This document shows, piece by piece, positions 12,961 through 27,320 of a stretch of 64,000 bases of DNA. The DNA comes from Podarcis tiliguerta (Eukaryota), in the NCBI GenBank assembly GCA_965153285.1, contig OZ229114.1; one strand, 5' to 3'. Each line of letters begins with the position of its first letter. The first letter of the stretch is position 1. The notes below the pieces were generated by a model. It made no database searches. It saw only the letters and a list, made by a program, of their open reading frames with translations, and had not been told where the DNA came from. The translations under genes and the position numbers were made by a program.

Positions 12961-13623
12961 TCCTCGAAACTACCTAGCTGGCAGGGAGCCGGTTCGTAAA
13001 CGGAATGTTGGGTTCGATGCAACAGTGTGACCCACGTTCAGAACCCGCAGGTAGGCCAGGAGGATGGCAAGAGGGAGAATGTGGCATTGGAAGGGTCCCT
13101 GTTTGTTGTGGGTCCCTGCCTTCTTCAAGCTCACCTTCCTTAGTTTGCAACCGATTCGCTTAGGGCGCATACGGGCGAGGGGGTTCTCCCCTAAATAATT
13201 CTAGGCCAGCAAGCAGAGCTGCGTGAACCACAGGCCCTGGTGCATCCAAGTGACAGTCAAGACCCAAACATTGCCCTAACCAATTGTTTCTCTCTCCTTC
13301 CCTAACTATGCCACTGGAACTGAGCAGTACCACTGCTGCTAAAGTGACAGCAGAGAAGGGAAAGCCCTGCCCTCACCCAACTGCTTTTTGCAGCCAAGGC
13401 ACCCATTAGACGTCAAATATTGATCTACAATTTCCATACTGTCCAGGTGAAAAATGGACAAGTGGCAAACACATTTCACTCTCTGCATTACCCATTGATA
13501 AGAGAGAAAAAAAACCAAGTGAGCATGCACCTCATTGAGCAGAAACTTATTCAGGTTGTTAACATAACCCTAAGGAGTTTAACTCACAATTCCCTCTGAA
13601 TGGGAGTGGAAGGAATCACTAAT

Positions 13624-13684
13624 AGGTAAAAAGGTAAAGGACCTCTGGACAGTTAAGTGCAGTCAAAGGCAACAATAGGTTGCC
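13624..13684 (-). mobile_element. Sauria SINE 3' tail fragment
   Basis: aggtaaaaaggtaaaggacctctggacagttaag tail sequence. Confidence 0.6.
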
Positions 13685-15519
13685 AGGACACCCCAAAAGT
13701 TGTTGAGCTTTTTTTTAAAACGAAAACACCTATTTGCCTAAGATCCAGGACAAAGTGCCAAGTGCCGCCTTTTGGTAACCCCCCCCCCCCCCCAGATGTC
13801 AATTCTTCCATTTAAATCCCACTCCTAACTAACCATATCTGCTGAGAAGTGCCACTGATTTCATTGGGGCTTACTTCCAGGTAAGTGGGGTTAGGATTGC
13901 AGCCTTTGAGCAAGTGTGCATCTGTAATAACATTGAGTTCAGGAAAGCATGATGCATTACAATTTCCAAGAGCATGCATATGATTACTTAAACAAGCAAA
14001 GGGTCAGGAAGTAATTCTGACAATCCTAAGCATTTTTACTCAGAAGTAACTCCCAATGTGTTCAGTGGGACTCACTCCTTAGGATGTTTAGGTTTGCATT
14101 ATGAGTACCCTATTGTTCCAGCCCTACTTGGAAATAGGCCCACTTTAAAAACCAGTGGAACTAACTTCTGAGTAAACATATATAGAATAGGTCTGTTGGT
14201 CAAATGTGCATTAAAATAGTATCATCAATAGCCCTGTACACTGGATATTGTGTCTCATGCACGCAATGTGCTTGAGAGGTTTAAATTCAGCTATCAATTG
14301 ATACAAGCCAGAATTCACATTTTATTTATGTGAATTCACAAATGTTCTCTATTATCCAAGAGTCACACATAAATGAGGAGTCTTTCTGCAATAGCCATGA
14401 CCACCCTGGCAATAACCAGGCTCAAATTCTGCATAGTAACTCTGAGGCATTGATAATACTCCTGCTGGCTTATCCAGGTCTGTGTTTGAAGCAAAAGTAA
14501 CATAAATCACAGGTCCTAAATATATATTGTAGCTTATGATGAGAAATTAAGAGTCAAAGAATTTGGACTAGCAGCTTGATGAAACACTCTTTACTCACTT
14601 TTAACATGTCACCTTGTTCATTCCTGGCACTGGGGAAGGTGGACACTTGGACACCATACTTTCAGAACTTTACTAGTTTTGAAAAACAAAACTTTCCAGA
14701 GCTTGACCAAGTAGAATCCAATTGTCTTATAAGATTAAGTGCTTTAAGGGATAGAATAATCTATTAGAGAATGTTTGATTCTGAATCAATGCAGCAGCAG
14801 TAAAGCAGAATGTATCCTTCCATTAGAAGCATTACTGCTCATTCTGCACATCAGGACAGGTAGTGGTACTTGTCTTCAGGCCAAACACCCTCAAGCAAAA
14901 AAGAACCGCTTAACACTTAATTGGTATAAAATCACAATAGTCTTTTCCTGTTGGGATTTTTTGGTTGGTATTATCAACTGAAGTTGATCTGGGACTGTTG
15001 CTGGCATTCTTTACCAAAACACAAAGGAAATACCTATGGCACTTGCTACCTATTGAGTCTGACAGGCTCAGCTTTCTTTTTTTTACAGATATATTGAGTT
15101 AAGATTATTGCTATGCATAATCTAAGTGATACAGAACTGTAAACCCTTTCTCAGCATTTATGTTGCAGCTGTGCTTTTAAAGCACTTTGCATACATAATT
15201 TTGGTAAATGTCAATTTCAAAATGACCACCCTGAAATCACTTTTTATCTTCAAACTAATGAGAACAGGCAGTTCACCACAACCAGATAAGCATGAACGTT
15301 TTAATTTTTTAAAAATACAAGTTCCAATCTCATTACTTCTGAGCATTTCCTAATTTTGTTAAAGAATCCACACTGCTTGCCTTTCAACTTTAATTTTCCT
15401 TGTAGGATTAAAAAGAAACAACACAAAATGAATTATTAGTATTAGATTGTAATGTGAAAAGTCAAAATTGACAAAGACACCAATAAAAGAGGAACAAGAT
15501 AAAAATGTATCCATTACAA

Positions 15520-15525
15520 TTTATT
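15520..15525 (-). terminator. Probable AMMECR1L poly(A) signal AATAAA (3'UTR ~3.7 kb)
   Basis: tttatt on + strand, GU/U-rich sequence downstream on - strand, repeat-poor UTR-like stretch upstream. Confidence 0.55.
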
Positions 15526-18500
15526 TTCTACAATACTTCATTAGAGGGTAAAGTTCAATGATTTACACCCAGAAGTTATATAGCTAGGAGGCAACCAAGT
15601 GTAATAACAAAGAATTGGTCTGACATCTCTGCATTGAAGGTCAAAAGAAATTCCTTGCTTTTAAAGGAAAAACAAAAGAAAAATAACAACCCCAAAATGT
15701 CACTCATTTTGGTGCTAGAAATCAAACAAAACAGTACTCAGTCAATGAAGACTGCAATGTTAACAATGAATTGGGGAAAACAATTATGTGCAAAACTTAA
15801 AATTTTGGTTGAAATGTACAGATTACTTCGCCTTTATGGTCTTCAGATGCAGTTTTCTGCTGATCTGATATTCTGACCATAAAATCTTTCTGACCAAAAT
15901 GCCTCTATCAAGATAGGCTCGTTGTCATTATGAAAAGGGGTGGGGGGAACAGTGACTCCAGTGATCAAAGACATTATCTGCTGGAGAGAAAAAACAAAAA
16001 CAAAAACCATACACTAAAGATACATGGCTGCAGCAAGGAAGATTCCCAACTACAGTTGTCTTGAAATAAACCCATCTAGACCAAAAGGCACTTGCTTGTA
16101 GCTAAGGATGAGCCAGTTCCCAATCAGACCAGAAGACTATTGCTAAGGTCTTTATACAATCCTGCTACTCACTAATCAGCTGAAAAATACAACTGGTTAC
16201 GGCTCCAGAACAGGCGGTTCTCTTTTTAGCTATTTTGTTGGTTCCCACATCGCTCAAATATCAGTGTTGGCTCATCTTGGTGCATTACTGCTATGTATGA
16301 GCCAGATATAGTGTCATCTTCTGCAGACGACTTATTCTACCCCCATACATTTTGCAGGAATGACACACCTAACACACTTGTTCAAAGATACTGTAACTGA
16401 ACTCCATTATGAGACCAATGCTGAATGTACCCATTTCTCAGGACTATTTCGTGCTTCATGGCCTGCTTGCTGTTCCACTTAGTACAAGAAAACACCACAA
16501 TCCAACTTTAACAGAGGCATTTCCATTTATACAGACTAGGTGGTTGGATGGAAATAAGGGCAGGGAATGAGACCACCTCTCACTCCAAAACCAATTTAGC
16601 TTACTTCAGTGAAATGGTTAAATTAAACCAAGTAGGTCAAGTCACTCCTAAAAGTCTGTTCTTTAAAATGGCAACTAAGGTCCCCACCTGGCTCCTGAAC
16701 TCCCACACCCATTAAAATGAAACCAAATAATTAACACTATACACTGTTGAAGACACGTAACAGGGCAAACATTTTTTTTAAAAAAAGCAATATTGAATAG
16801 CCTGGCACTATATGCCTGCATGACCAGTCTCACCGAATGTGCTCAGGGGTGAAAGATTAGCACCATTTTTTTTTCCTTTTTGCTTTTAAAAAAATCTTTA
16901 CAATTTAAATTCTAAAGTAGAACACTTGAATAGTAATTAGTGTAGCCCTATGTTTCAATACTGTCTGAGAGCAGAGATGGATGGCATGACCACAGCTGAA
17001 CTCTCCTCTCCCATCTACAATCTCCCATCAGTCCAGGGCACCTGGAACATTAACTACAAATCACTCTAATTTGTAAGAAGACTGATTTATTCTCAGTAGC
17101 AGGAAATCATGAAACAGTCCCTTCACATTCAAACACATTTCATCATCATTAGAAGGGAAAAAAGTGGTAATCCATACAAATGATCTGATACAAAACCAAA
17201 GCTGGGGCAGTACTGCAGATATCTGGAATATGAGCTCCTCTCTCTCTCATTCCCACCCATAACCATCTAGATATGTGTTCATTGACAAGCAAAATTCCAA
17301 GGTTAGGTTTTCTTCTGAGACAGGAGGAATAGTGGTAGAAAAATAAGTAATTTGGAGGCTTCCTAGATTCTCTGAACAGTCCTTTTGCCAGGAAGATAAT
17401 ATGATTGCCCTCTTCTAGCCAGCAGTTCACGTTGATGCAACCAAGCCAGATACTGGCAAATATTGCTCACCAGTTCATATGGGCTATTCATGTCTACCTC
17501 TCCAGTAATCCAACATCTATTCAGTCTGCCTTTGAGGCTTTGCTTCAAGATAGAAGGCATTAATCTCCCCTCACCCTCCCCACCAGGGCAAGGTTCATTC
17601 ACCAAGAATCTGGAAGCTTGCATCCCACAGTAAAAGATAATTCCCAGATAATTCCTGGCTTCCAATAAGCCTTCCATAAAAGCTACTGTCCTTACACATA
17701 CTGCATATAAGGTATCAAATTCTCATAATGCTGTGCTCTCCACCTGTATTTTTTTAAATCTATCAATGCTGATTACCAAGATTTCCTCAAGTCCTGCACT
17801 ACCATTTTCTAGTCCCTGTGGATTCATTTAAGAATGCCTGCATTCATGATAACACATAGTGACTCACACAGGAGAATTAGGATCGTTGAATGGGAAAAAA
17901 GAGCTTTCCAGTTATGATTTGATGTACCGGCTATTCAGCAACAACAGGAAGGGCAATTTTAAAATCCACAGGATAGTTAAACATGGTTGTGAGTTAACTT
18001 TGCGGGGGTGGGTTGGGGAGGTATGGGTTGAAAATATTCCTTAGGTTCCAGTTCTAAGTACACTTATCTGGAGGCTATATACTTTAAAATCAATCTGAAT
18101 GACTTCCAATTATATGTATCTAGTATTGAAGCACCAGTGCAGCGATGGCACTTATATTAGATAACCACTTAAAGGCTAACATTTACTGTGTATTTCATTA
18201 CCTGGATATCAGGGTCATGCTAAATAAAACTGCTGCCAGTTAAACACAGGTCCCATGGAGTGTTTCCTATACACAATTTTCACGTCCTTTTTGAATTGCT
18301 TTCACGATGGCTTTGTGGGGAATAATATCAGCCCCAATCCAACAGCAGACCATGCTTCTTGTATTTCAAGTTAGAAACCCAGGGAAAAACCCCAAAGGAG
18401 AGGGAGATTGTACTTCCAGGAGACAAGGAAACGCAAGCTACTCCCAAACATAACCCAGAACAGTTCGCCTTCATTTATGCATTACTGTGCTATCTAGTGG

Positions 18501-19074
18501 GCTACTTTCCTTCTTTGTCAAAACCAAGAGCAGCTAGATGTGAGAACTGAACCCTCCTGGATTTGTGCAAGCAGTAAATTTCATCTGCAGTAAATTTTGT
18601 ATCCCCTTTCAATTGCCATCTTCTGCGAAGAGGAGGAGGGAGGAATCTCTGCTGACATACATCCTTGTAACGCGTCATGTCATCTGCTCGCCTGGGGTGT
18701 ATAAGGACTAATCAGCTCATGGTAGATAAATATCAGAGGTTAAAAAAATTAAAAATAACCTAAAAATATGTTGTTGTACTCCGTTGCCCAGACTGCCAGG
18801 AGAACTCTCCTACTTAATCAAGGGGGCTGTCACAATTAACAACTCAAATGAACACAGTGCAATTTAACACACAGAGCAATCTGAAGCGGTACTGCCGTTC
18901 CTCAAGGTTCTCTCTACCCAACTGCAACTGTTAGTCTTGGAGCCTCAGTCCAACTGAACCCTCATTCTGAAGGAAGGATGAGGAAAGGCATGGGCCCCTG
19001 AAGTTCAGTTGCACTCACTGGTATCCCCCATCCCTCAGTCAGCTGGAAGGCAGACTTGGCAACGGAAGCTAGCA

Positions 19075-19189
19075 TCATAAAATGGTGCAGTAATAGAAGT
19101 AACTGGACCAGGAAGAGGAGGCATCTGCCCCAATGATGTCATAGCCGTTAGTGGTAGCTGGGGGGCGGGACTGGTCATGCAGCCTTGTG

Positions 19190-19191
<2 letters not shown>
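19075..19191 (-). other. AMMECR1L: Candidate +1-frame C-terminal extension of AMMECR1L (38 aa, ends in CaaX box CTIL)
   Basis: Open +1 frame directly after UCC-UGA: DTRLHDQSRPPATTNGYDIIGADASSSWSSYFYYCTIL*. Confidence 0.55.
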
Positions 19192-19324
<133 letters not shown>

Positions 19325-19842
19325 TTAAAAAAAACCAAACATTTGTCAACGAAACAAAGTCAGCAAATCACCAACAGCTGTATTCGGAATTCTGTTGTAG
19401 CAACAAAAATTGTTTAACCTTTCAAATTATTTATTTCAATTCCAGCTTAATACGGATGAGGCCCACAATCCACAGGGGCTCAGTAGTCATTGCCGACTGG
19501 AGCCCTTCTAAATGGCTGCAGAGTGATGGCAGGTCCTTCTCTTCACTGCCAGATCCCTCACTCACTCATTTCCTCTGTGCTTGCTTCGTCTTCCTATTTG
19601 CCTAAATCTGCTGGTAGCAGAGGTGAGAAGCAGGAGTGGCTTCCATTTGCTTCCTTATTCCCTCCAGGCATAAGGAGCTGGAAGTGGATGCTGCATCTCG
19701 TCTTGCTGCCTAACCATCACACCAGTGGGCCCAAAAAGGAAGCATACAAAGGAGGAAATGGTAACTGATGGCAGAGAAAAAGAAAGCAGCCACCACTGCC
19801 AGCAGTGGGGAGGAGTGTGTCCCAGCCAGCCCAGTAACCTGG

Positions 19843-19881
19843 GTGTGTGTGTGGGTGTGTGAGTGTGTGCGTGCGCGTGTG
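19843..19881. repeat. (GT)n imperfect microsatellite
   Basis: Read directly from the sequence. Confidence 0.85.
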
Positions 19882-20133
19882 CACATTGCCCAGGCAAAAC
19901 CAAAGTTGGCTCTGGCAGCCAGTATTTGTTATTGTGAAAATTAAAAGCAACAATTTAAATACAATGACTGAACAAAACAACAAGGTTTAGGCACCACTGT
20001 TGGGGGCAGTGAGGAAATTCAGAAAACTGCAGAATCTGGAGCACAAAGAGCAATCTTAAAACTTACCATCAGCAATGAAAGTAGTAATGACTTTAGTTGC
20101 TGACAGCTACCAAAAAGTAAAATATGTCATTTA

Positions 20134-20265
<132 letters not shown>

Positions 20266-20886
20266 CTAAATACAGGCTCATTTCAAGAAAAAGGGATAGG
20301 CTCTCAAAAGAAAGATAAGCAAGTTCAAATTACTGTTCCAACTGTTCCAACAAATTCAGTTCCAACTGAAAACAACAATTTAGTCAACAAAGTCATATGA
20401 CATTTCCAATTATCCTATTTTAGTCATATATAGCAATCAAGTTAGTCACATTTTCAAAGTAAGACACAGCTGCACATCAAACACAGTATAAATCCACTAC
20501 TCTCCAGTAATGGTGCAGTGCGGAGACCTGATTTAATGAATTACACTTTGGTCTTTTGACTCAATTCCAGGAGGAGATGTGATCCTCTGAATGGTGGAAG
20601 AAATGTTTTGAACAATTACAGTGGTGGAAACTGCTGCATTCTTCAACTGTTGTCCATGTTTGCAGCACAAAACTTAGTGCTGAGGGAGGATAGAAGGGTC
20701 ATCTGACGTTGTGCTTGTGCTTGTGTGATCAGGTGAGGCTGAAGAGGAAACCCACACACAATGTTGAAAAAAACCTCAGAAGGGGAAAACCTGATTCAAC
20801 AGTAAACTAAGCCAGGCATTCATTATGGCAAGGGGATGGGGGGAAGAACACCAAAGTCTCAGCAGTAATAAAGAAAATTGCTTTTA

Positions 20887-21195
<309 letters not shown>

Positions 21196-21793
21196 CTAGC
21201 AATGGAAACATAAACGTCAACTGAGATGTAGTTCCTGTAACAATGTACAAAACATTTTCCAGCTGCCATGCATCCTACCAGCAGTCCAACCTTGTCAGGA
21301 TAAAGGCCTCCACCTTGCTTCCATTTCTTGCATCTGCGATATCTTAAGTCATTTCCTAGGACAACTATTGTGTACTGCCATCTCTTTTGGCCCCAGAGGC
21401 AATTTCTCCAAGGCAGACCAAATTAATTAGTTTCAGCAAGCCCCACTATTTCAAAATGTAAAATATATGTCCTTCACCCCATATGCCACTATAACAGTAT
21501 GGTCTTATGCTTGTTACACAGAAGCAAGTCCCAAAGCATTTAATGAAATTTACTTTCATATAAATGTGCACAGGATGACCCTGAACAGTACAATCCTAAT
21601 CATGTCATGAACTTTGATGGGACTTCTGTTGAATTCAGTTAAGTGGAATTAGGACTGCAATGTTAGTCTAATAATTATCTTCCCTTCTCATACGCTGAAC
21701 TGAAGTAATATTGATATATTATTCCACTTTTGCATTCTTTGTCAGTCTTCCATCTTTCCAACCTCATTTTTCTAGCTATATAACCACAATCTA

Positions 21794-22048
<255 letters not shown>

Positions 22049-22921
22049 TTAAATCAAGCATTTTCTTACATTTGCAGCCTCATTTCATCCCAGGACAAGG
22101 GACATCACTTTAGGTCAGAACAGGTTTAAGCACATTACATGGAGAATTAAATAAAATACAGAATGGAACACCAGATAAACCAAAGGTAGAGCCATGCACT
22201 AAGATTTCTGTCTATGACTATTACAATGATGAAATGGGAAGAGATTGAAATGCTTCCCCAAAACACTCATATTCTGCCAAGAACCCAGACAAACTGGATT
22301 TGATGCTAGTAGAGAATACCTTGCCTTAGTAACGAGCATGCCGTTAACCTTATGCATGCTATTGATCACAATGAGGCTTCCTTCTGGCTCAAGCGAACTG
22401 GCCACCTAGTGACGTGGCTGCCTATCTCAGCAGCAGGGCTGCTGCCTGCCATTCGGTTCTGCTTTGCAGCCTTATGTCTTCTTCCAACCATATTCCCCCT
22501 GGGGGAGGGGTGCTTTTGCAAAGTGGGTGTGCACCCTTGAAACCCCCATCATGGGTAAAAACAATAAATAAACCAGTAACTCACATTGTGCCTGTAGGTT
22601 ATAGGAATCCAGTGCACTGCTAATCAAAGTACTGCTAGAACATGCTTGCATCCAAAACTGCTACTTTACATACCATGCTTTGAAGATGGTTTTTCAGCCC
22701 CAAACAAAAGAATGCAGTGTACCGTTTAACTGAGAGCCATAGTACAATATGCAGTCAGCTACAACAGTGACTCCTCAATTCTAATTTTGGGGAGCAGAAA
22801 ATTCTGGTGGAGAACATCTGCCTGAGCAGCAGGATATACATGATGCCTCAGACAAGACATAGGAAATCACAACATGGCCTGGTTTCCCATCAGACGTGAG
22901 GCAGTATGGATGATGTCTTTA

Positions 22922-23140
<219 letters not shown>

Positions 23141-23767
23141 TTATTTGTTCAGGTCCTACACTCTGAAGCGGCAAAAGAATAAATTTGCTGCACCTTCTAT
23201 GCGATAACCTTTCAAATATTTTAATATTACCTCTTAATAATCTCTTTTCCAGGTTAAACCACCCAAACCCTTCACACTTTTATTACAAATTAATCGTTGT
23301 CCACAAATGTGGAAGACCTTCTTAGGTGGCTGTGAGGCCTCTCCATAATAAACTTTTTTTTTTTATTCTTACACAACTAGCATATGTCTCAAATTTGTTT
23401 TTTGGGGGAACATGGTTGGGTAGGGGATAGATAACTCTTGTGACTCCTGGATGAAGCTGATTATCTGGATTCATTTTGATCTGGTTTCTAGTAGTCTTGG
23501 GACAAATCTGCTTTTAGGACAAGGCCTTTACTGTAGTCACCCTTGAACTCTGAAATGTTCAGTTTTCTTATCTTTGTCTTCTTTCCAAAGGCAGTACTTT
23601 TTGAGAGCTATGCCCTCTGCTGTTTTATTTGAGTATTTTGTATTTTAGCTTAATAAAGGTTGCTCTGAATAGATACAGATCCCACCAGTAAAAATACAGT
23701 AAATAATTAAGTCACAAACGTTGGGATGCAGCCCCCACGTTATCTCAACGAGGATAACTCAAGAAAT

Positions 23768-23852
23768 AATCTTGTGGCACCTTAAAGACTAACAAATATA
23801 TTATGTCATAAACGTTCACAGACTACAGTCCACTATCAGATACATGAAGTGA
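23768..23852 (-). mobile_element. Penelope-like element terminal fragment
   Basis: tcttgtggcaccttaaagactaac...gactacagtccactatcaga resembles reptile Penelope termini (from recall); degenerate hammerhead-like core. Confidence 0.55.
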
Positions 23853-25559
23853 TATCCTGGGTTGCAGGTAGATAGATAGGTACACTTTCAAATCTCTTCT
23901 AGCATTTTCATATCTCTCTTTCCCCAATGCATACAAAATTGGAGATAACATTTTCTAACCTCAAGTGCTAACTACAGTACCAATAATGTTCCTTATTTTG
24001 CATATAAAGCTTATGCTAAAAGACCATAGTATTCCCTGCCTCAATTCTGAAAGTACTTAAGTCACATGCAGGCAGTGTGCAGGATGACAAATTGCTACTC
24101 TAGTACTGAGAATGCCTAACTCAGTTACTGCTCCAGCCACAAACCACTGAGTAGAACTTATAAAGCAGTATAAGCAGGGTTCCAAGTGGCATCTCATATG
24201 GAGGCTAAAAGAATATACGATGGGCCACAATGAAAGAACAAATCAGAATAAAACTAAAAAAAAAATACATCCATTTTTTTCTGATTCAATTATAAGTATA
24301 CACTTCCCCTGATATGGTCCCAATCCAAGCACCCCTCTCCACAGCTGTTATTTGCCCCAGATGAGAACTGTGATTGGCATATCAGGATTGGGACTGTGGC
24401 TGGGGAAAAGGATTTTTTTTGGCTTTGGGCTACTAAGGCATTTGATAAATTTTCAGTAGGCTGGTTTGCACGTAATGCTAAACCATGGTCTATTAAACCA
24501 TAACCTAGCATTATGTGTAAACCCTGGCTAGCAGCTTAACCATGGTTTGTTTACTGCCAACAATGATTTAAAGCTGTATTTTTTTATTGGCTTCTAAAAC
24601 TTGATTTGTATTAACTATGGCTTGGTGGTGTGCGTAAACCCAGCACCCCTCCTAAATCACCGCACCACAAATCCTCACCAGGCTACAAAGGCATGACAGA
24701 AAGAGCAGCCGGGGGGGTAGACACCAAACTTTGGAGAAACTAGTCATGATTTGTTTGACCTATGAGACTTGTGGTTCATTAAACAAACTATACCTGAGTG
24801 TTATGTGTGCACCAGATAAGAGCAATGGATCCAAAGATCAGACCTGGTTTTCCAAATGAACTTGCAAATCTCTTGAGCGGATTCAGCTTTGTAGTTGAAT
24901 CTGAACAAGTTGCAAGAATTGTGATATGCCCAAAAAAATAATAGGGTGCAGAATGGATAAAAATCTGGATATTTCTAGAATTAAAAAATTAGCAGGGAAA
25001 TGCTAACAATTTAATAGAATCCCACTAACAATTTAATAGAACAAAATCCCACTCAGTGTGTACAGAAATGTAATCAAAATAATTTTTTATCTTAAAAAAT
25101 ACATTTCAATTATACTATTCCTTTTTTTTAAAAAAAAAAATACCTAGTGTACAATGCAGACAAAAAACATGTTTATGTTGAAAGAACCAAATTCTACAAC
25201 AGTGTAATATATTTGTGAGAAACAACTGAGAGACAACCAAGTACCAAGCCAGTTTTTTAGTTCACCAGATGTTTTCTCCAGGATGGATATTAAGCAAATA
25301 ACAACTAAAGAGTGTGTGCATGTGTGAGAAAGAAAGCAAGATGAAAAAGCTTGTCCAGTTTAAACAGATTTAAGATGAAATGGAAGTGCTTTGTGTATGA
25401 GCTAAGCAAGGCTGATGGACTGTTCATACTGGAGTAGTCAATATGCCTGGCCTTTCTCAGTCATGTCAGATGCAAGAGCAAGGAATAGACAGAATTAGAA
25501 TCCATTTATATCAGGAGCATATGGACTACATAAGGAACCCATACCCTGCCGAACAGCTG

Positions 25560-25735
25560 AAGGAACACAGGAAGCTATCTTATAACATGTCAGACCATTG
25601 AACTGCCAAGTTCATTACAGTCTTTAATGGCAGGCAACAGCTCTTTAGGATTTCAGGCAGGGAGTCTTCCCCAGCTCTACCTGGAGATCCCAAGAACCTT
25701 CTGCCTGCAACTCCAATGCTCTACTACTCAAGTAT
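25560..25735 (-). mobile_element. tRNA-derived SINE, degenerate
   Basis: ggaacacaggaagct...cagaccattg...ccagctctacctggagat...accttctgcctgcaa. Confidence 0.5.
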
Positions 25736-27252
25736 GCAAGGAGTTCCAGATTCAAGCCACTGATATAGCCTCTCAGCAGTCACTGTTGAGAGATGTTCAG
25801 ACTGGCACACCTGAGTAAGTGCTGTGTCATCCAATCAGGGAAAATGCTGAATTGATCGGCATAATTAGCTAGCTGCTGTTTACTGTACCAGACCTCATCA
25901 TGTATTTTGCCCTCGGTGCCAACTGACTGCTTCACTTACTGTAGTAATCAGGCCATTTGCAAACTCTGAGGAGCCTACCCACTACCTTCATTTGAGCATG
26001 GAGCCATTACAGACCCTGAGCTCTAATAATAAGCCAACCCTTTCCAGGTCAGAGTTCCCATCTTGAGACCAGTGAGAACTGGCGGATGGGATTAGTGCCA
26101 TCCACACTGACAAAAAACAAAGACACCTGTTGCTGCAAATGAAAACTTTTATTGCACAGTATCAGATATTTCAATTTACAGAATCTCACTTTTTTACAAG
26201 GTAGCTGGATTGACATATATGGCTAGAATCACAATAGTCGTAACTGCTGGTCTTGCTTTAGGCTTCACTTGAGATCTGCATGGCACTGGGGGTGGAATGT
26301 GTCCTGTTCTCTGCACCTGGAAAATCGAAGAGATAAACGGAGAGCACTAAAGTAATAGTCAGCATAGTCTCTGGAGCTATATGTGTAATAGGTGTTTGTG
26401 AAGAGGCTATTTGAGTGAGTGCTGTCACCTAGGTGCTCATCCAATACCCTCAGCCTTAACCTCCCTCCCTCTGTTGAGTGAGAAAGTGTAGAAACTGAGA
26501 CAATACCTACCTCTCTTTTAGGGAGTTACAACAGAACTCTGGGTACTGCATTTGTCCTGTTCCATGTGTCCAGACTGTCACGATCCTGTATGAGAAAAAG
26601 AATCATGAGCATGTGTTAATGGTTAGGGTCTGTCCTTCATTAATAGTGTTTTCTTGCATATGGGGGTTTCATGGCTACCAGGGCACCCCTTTCTGCATGT
26701 TTAGCCTTGTGCTTCTTTGTAAAGGTGTTTCTAGGTATGACGAGAAAAAGGATCTTTCCACCAATATAGGTTAGCCAAGATATAGCAAGGTTGCACTAGT
26801 TACACTTTGAAAAGATTCCCCTTTCCCCTTGCTTACCTCTTCAAGGTGCTTTGTTCTTGCATCCTTGGCTACAGATGAGAGGTGTTGTTGGCTGCTTGTG
26901 TCCTGAGGCGATATACCTGTATGGGTTCTAAGACAACAAGTATCGGCAATGTGTTCTGAGTCCAGATGTTCATGACAAGTGCTCCCTTTCTTTTATGTCA
27001 GGTGCTTTTTCTACATAGTTCCCATAACCAAAGTTCCCCCTTAATGCGGGAACCAAAGCTGTACAGCTCCGTGCAGCAAATGCTATCATCTGAGTTATGT
27101 TTGGGTGTTAGATGTTGGTAGGGATGTGCTGTGACTAAATGCAAACTTAGTTTGAATCCTATACTATGCCAGGGCAGAGTAGGGTAGTTTCTTGGTCTCC
27201 ATTGAGCTTAATGGGTTAACTGAGTTATGACTTGCACCTCTTTTGTTGGTGT

Positions 27253-27320
27253 AATCATGGAATTGTAGAGTTGGAAGGCACCTCCAGGGTCATCTAGGCC
27301 AAGCCCCTGCAACGCAGGAT
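27253..27320 (-). mobile_element. CR1 3' end fragment
   Basis: aatcatggaattgtagagttggaagg...ggtcatctagg, typical CR1 3' terminus. Confidence 0.6.

Noticed and set aside
19035-19178. Downstream ORF MTSPAPQLPLTAMTSLGQMPPLPGPVTSITAPFYDASFRCQVCLPAD starting 11 nt after the AMMECR1L stop
   Set aside because: Third-frame overlap of the CaaX frame with no recognisable motif and no clear access mechanism; more simply a by-product. Worth scoring in the same PhyloCSF test.
25900-27250. Possible solo LTR or retro-fragment in an AMMECR1L intron (minus-strand AATAAA ~26148, TATA-like, TGTCAC/TGTAAC words)
   Set aside because: No convincing TG...CA ends with TSD, PBS or coding similarity; needs a repeat-library search
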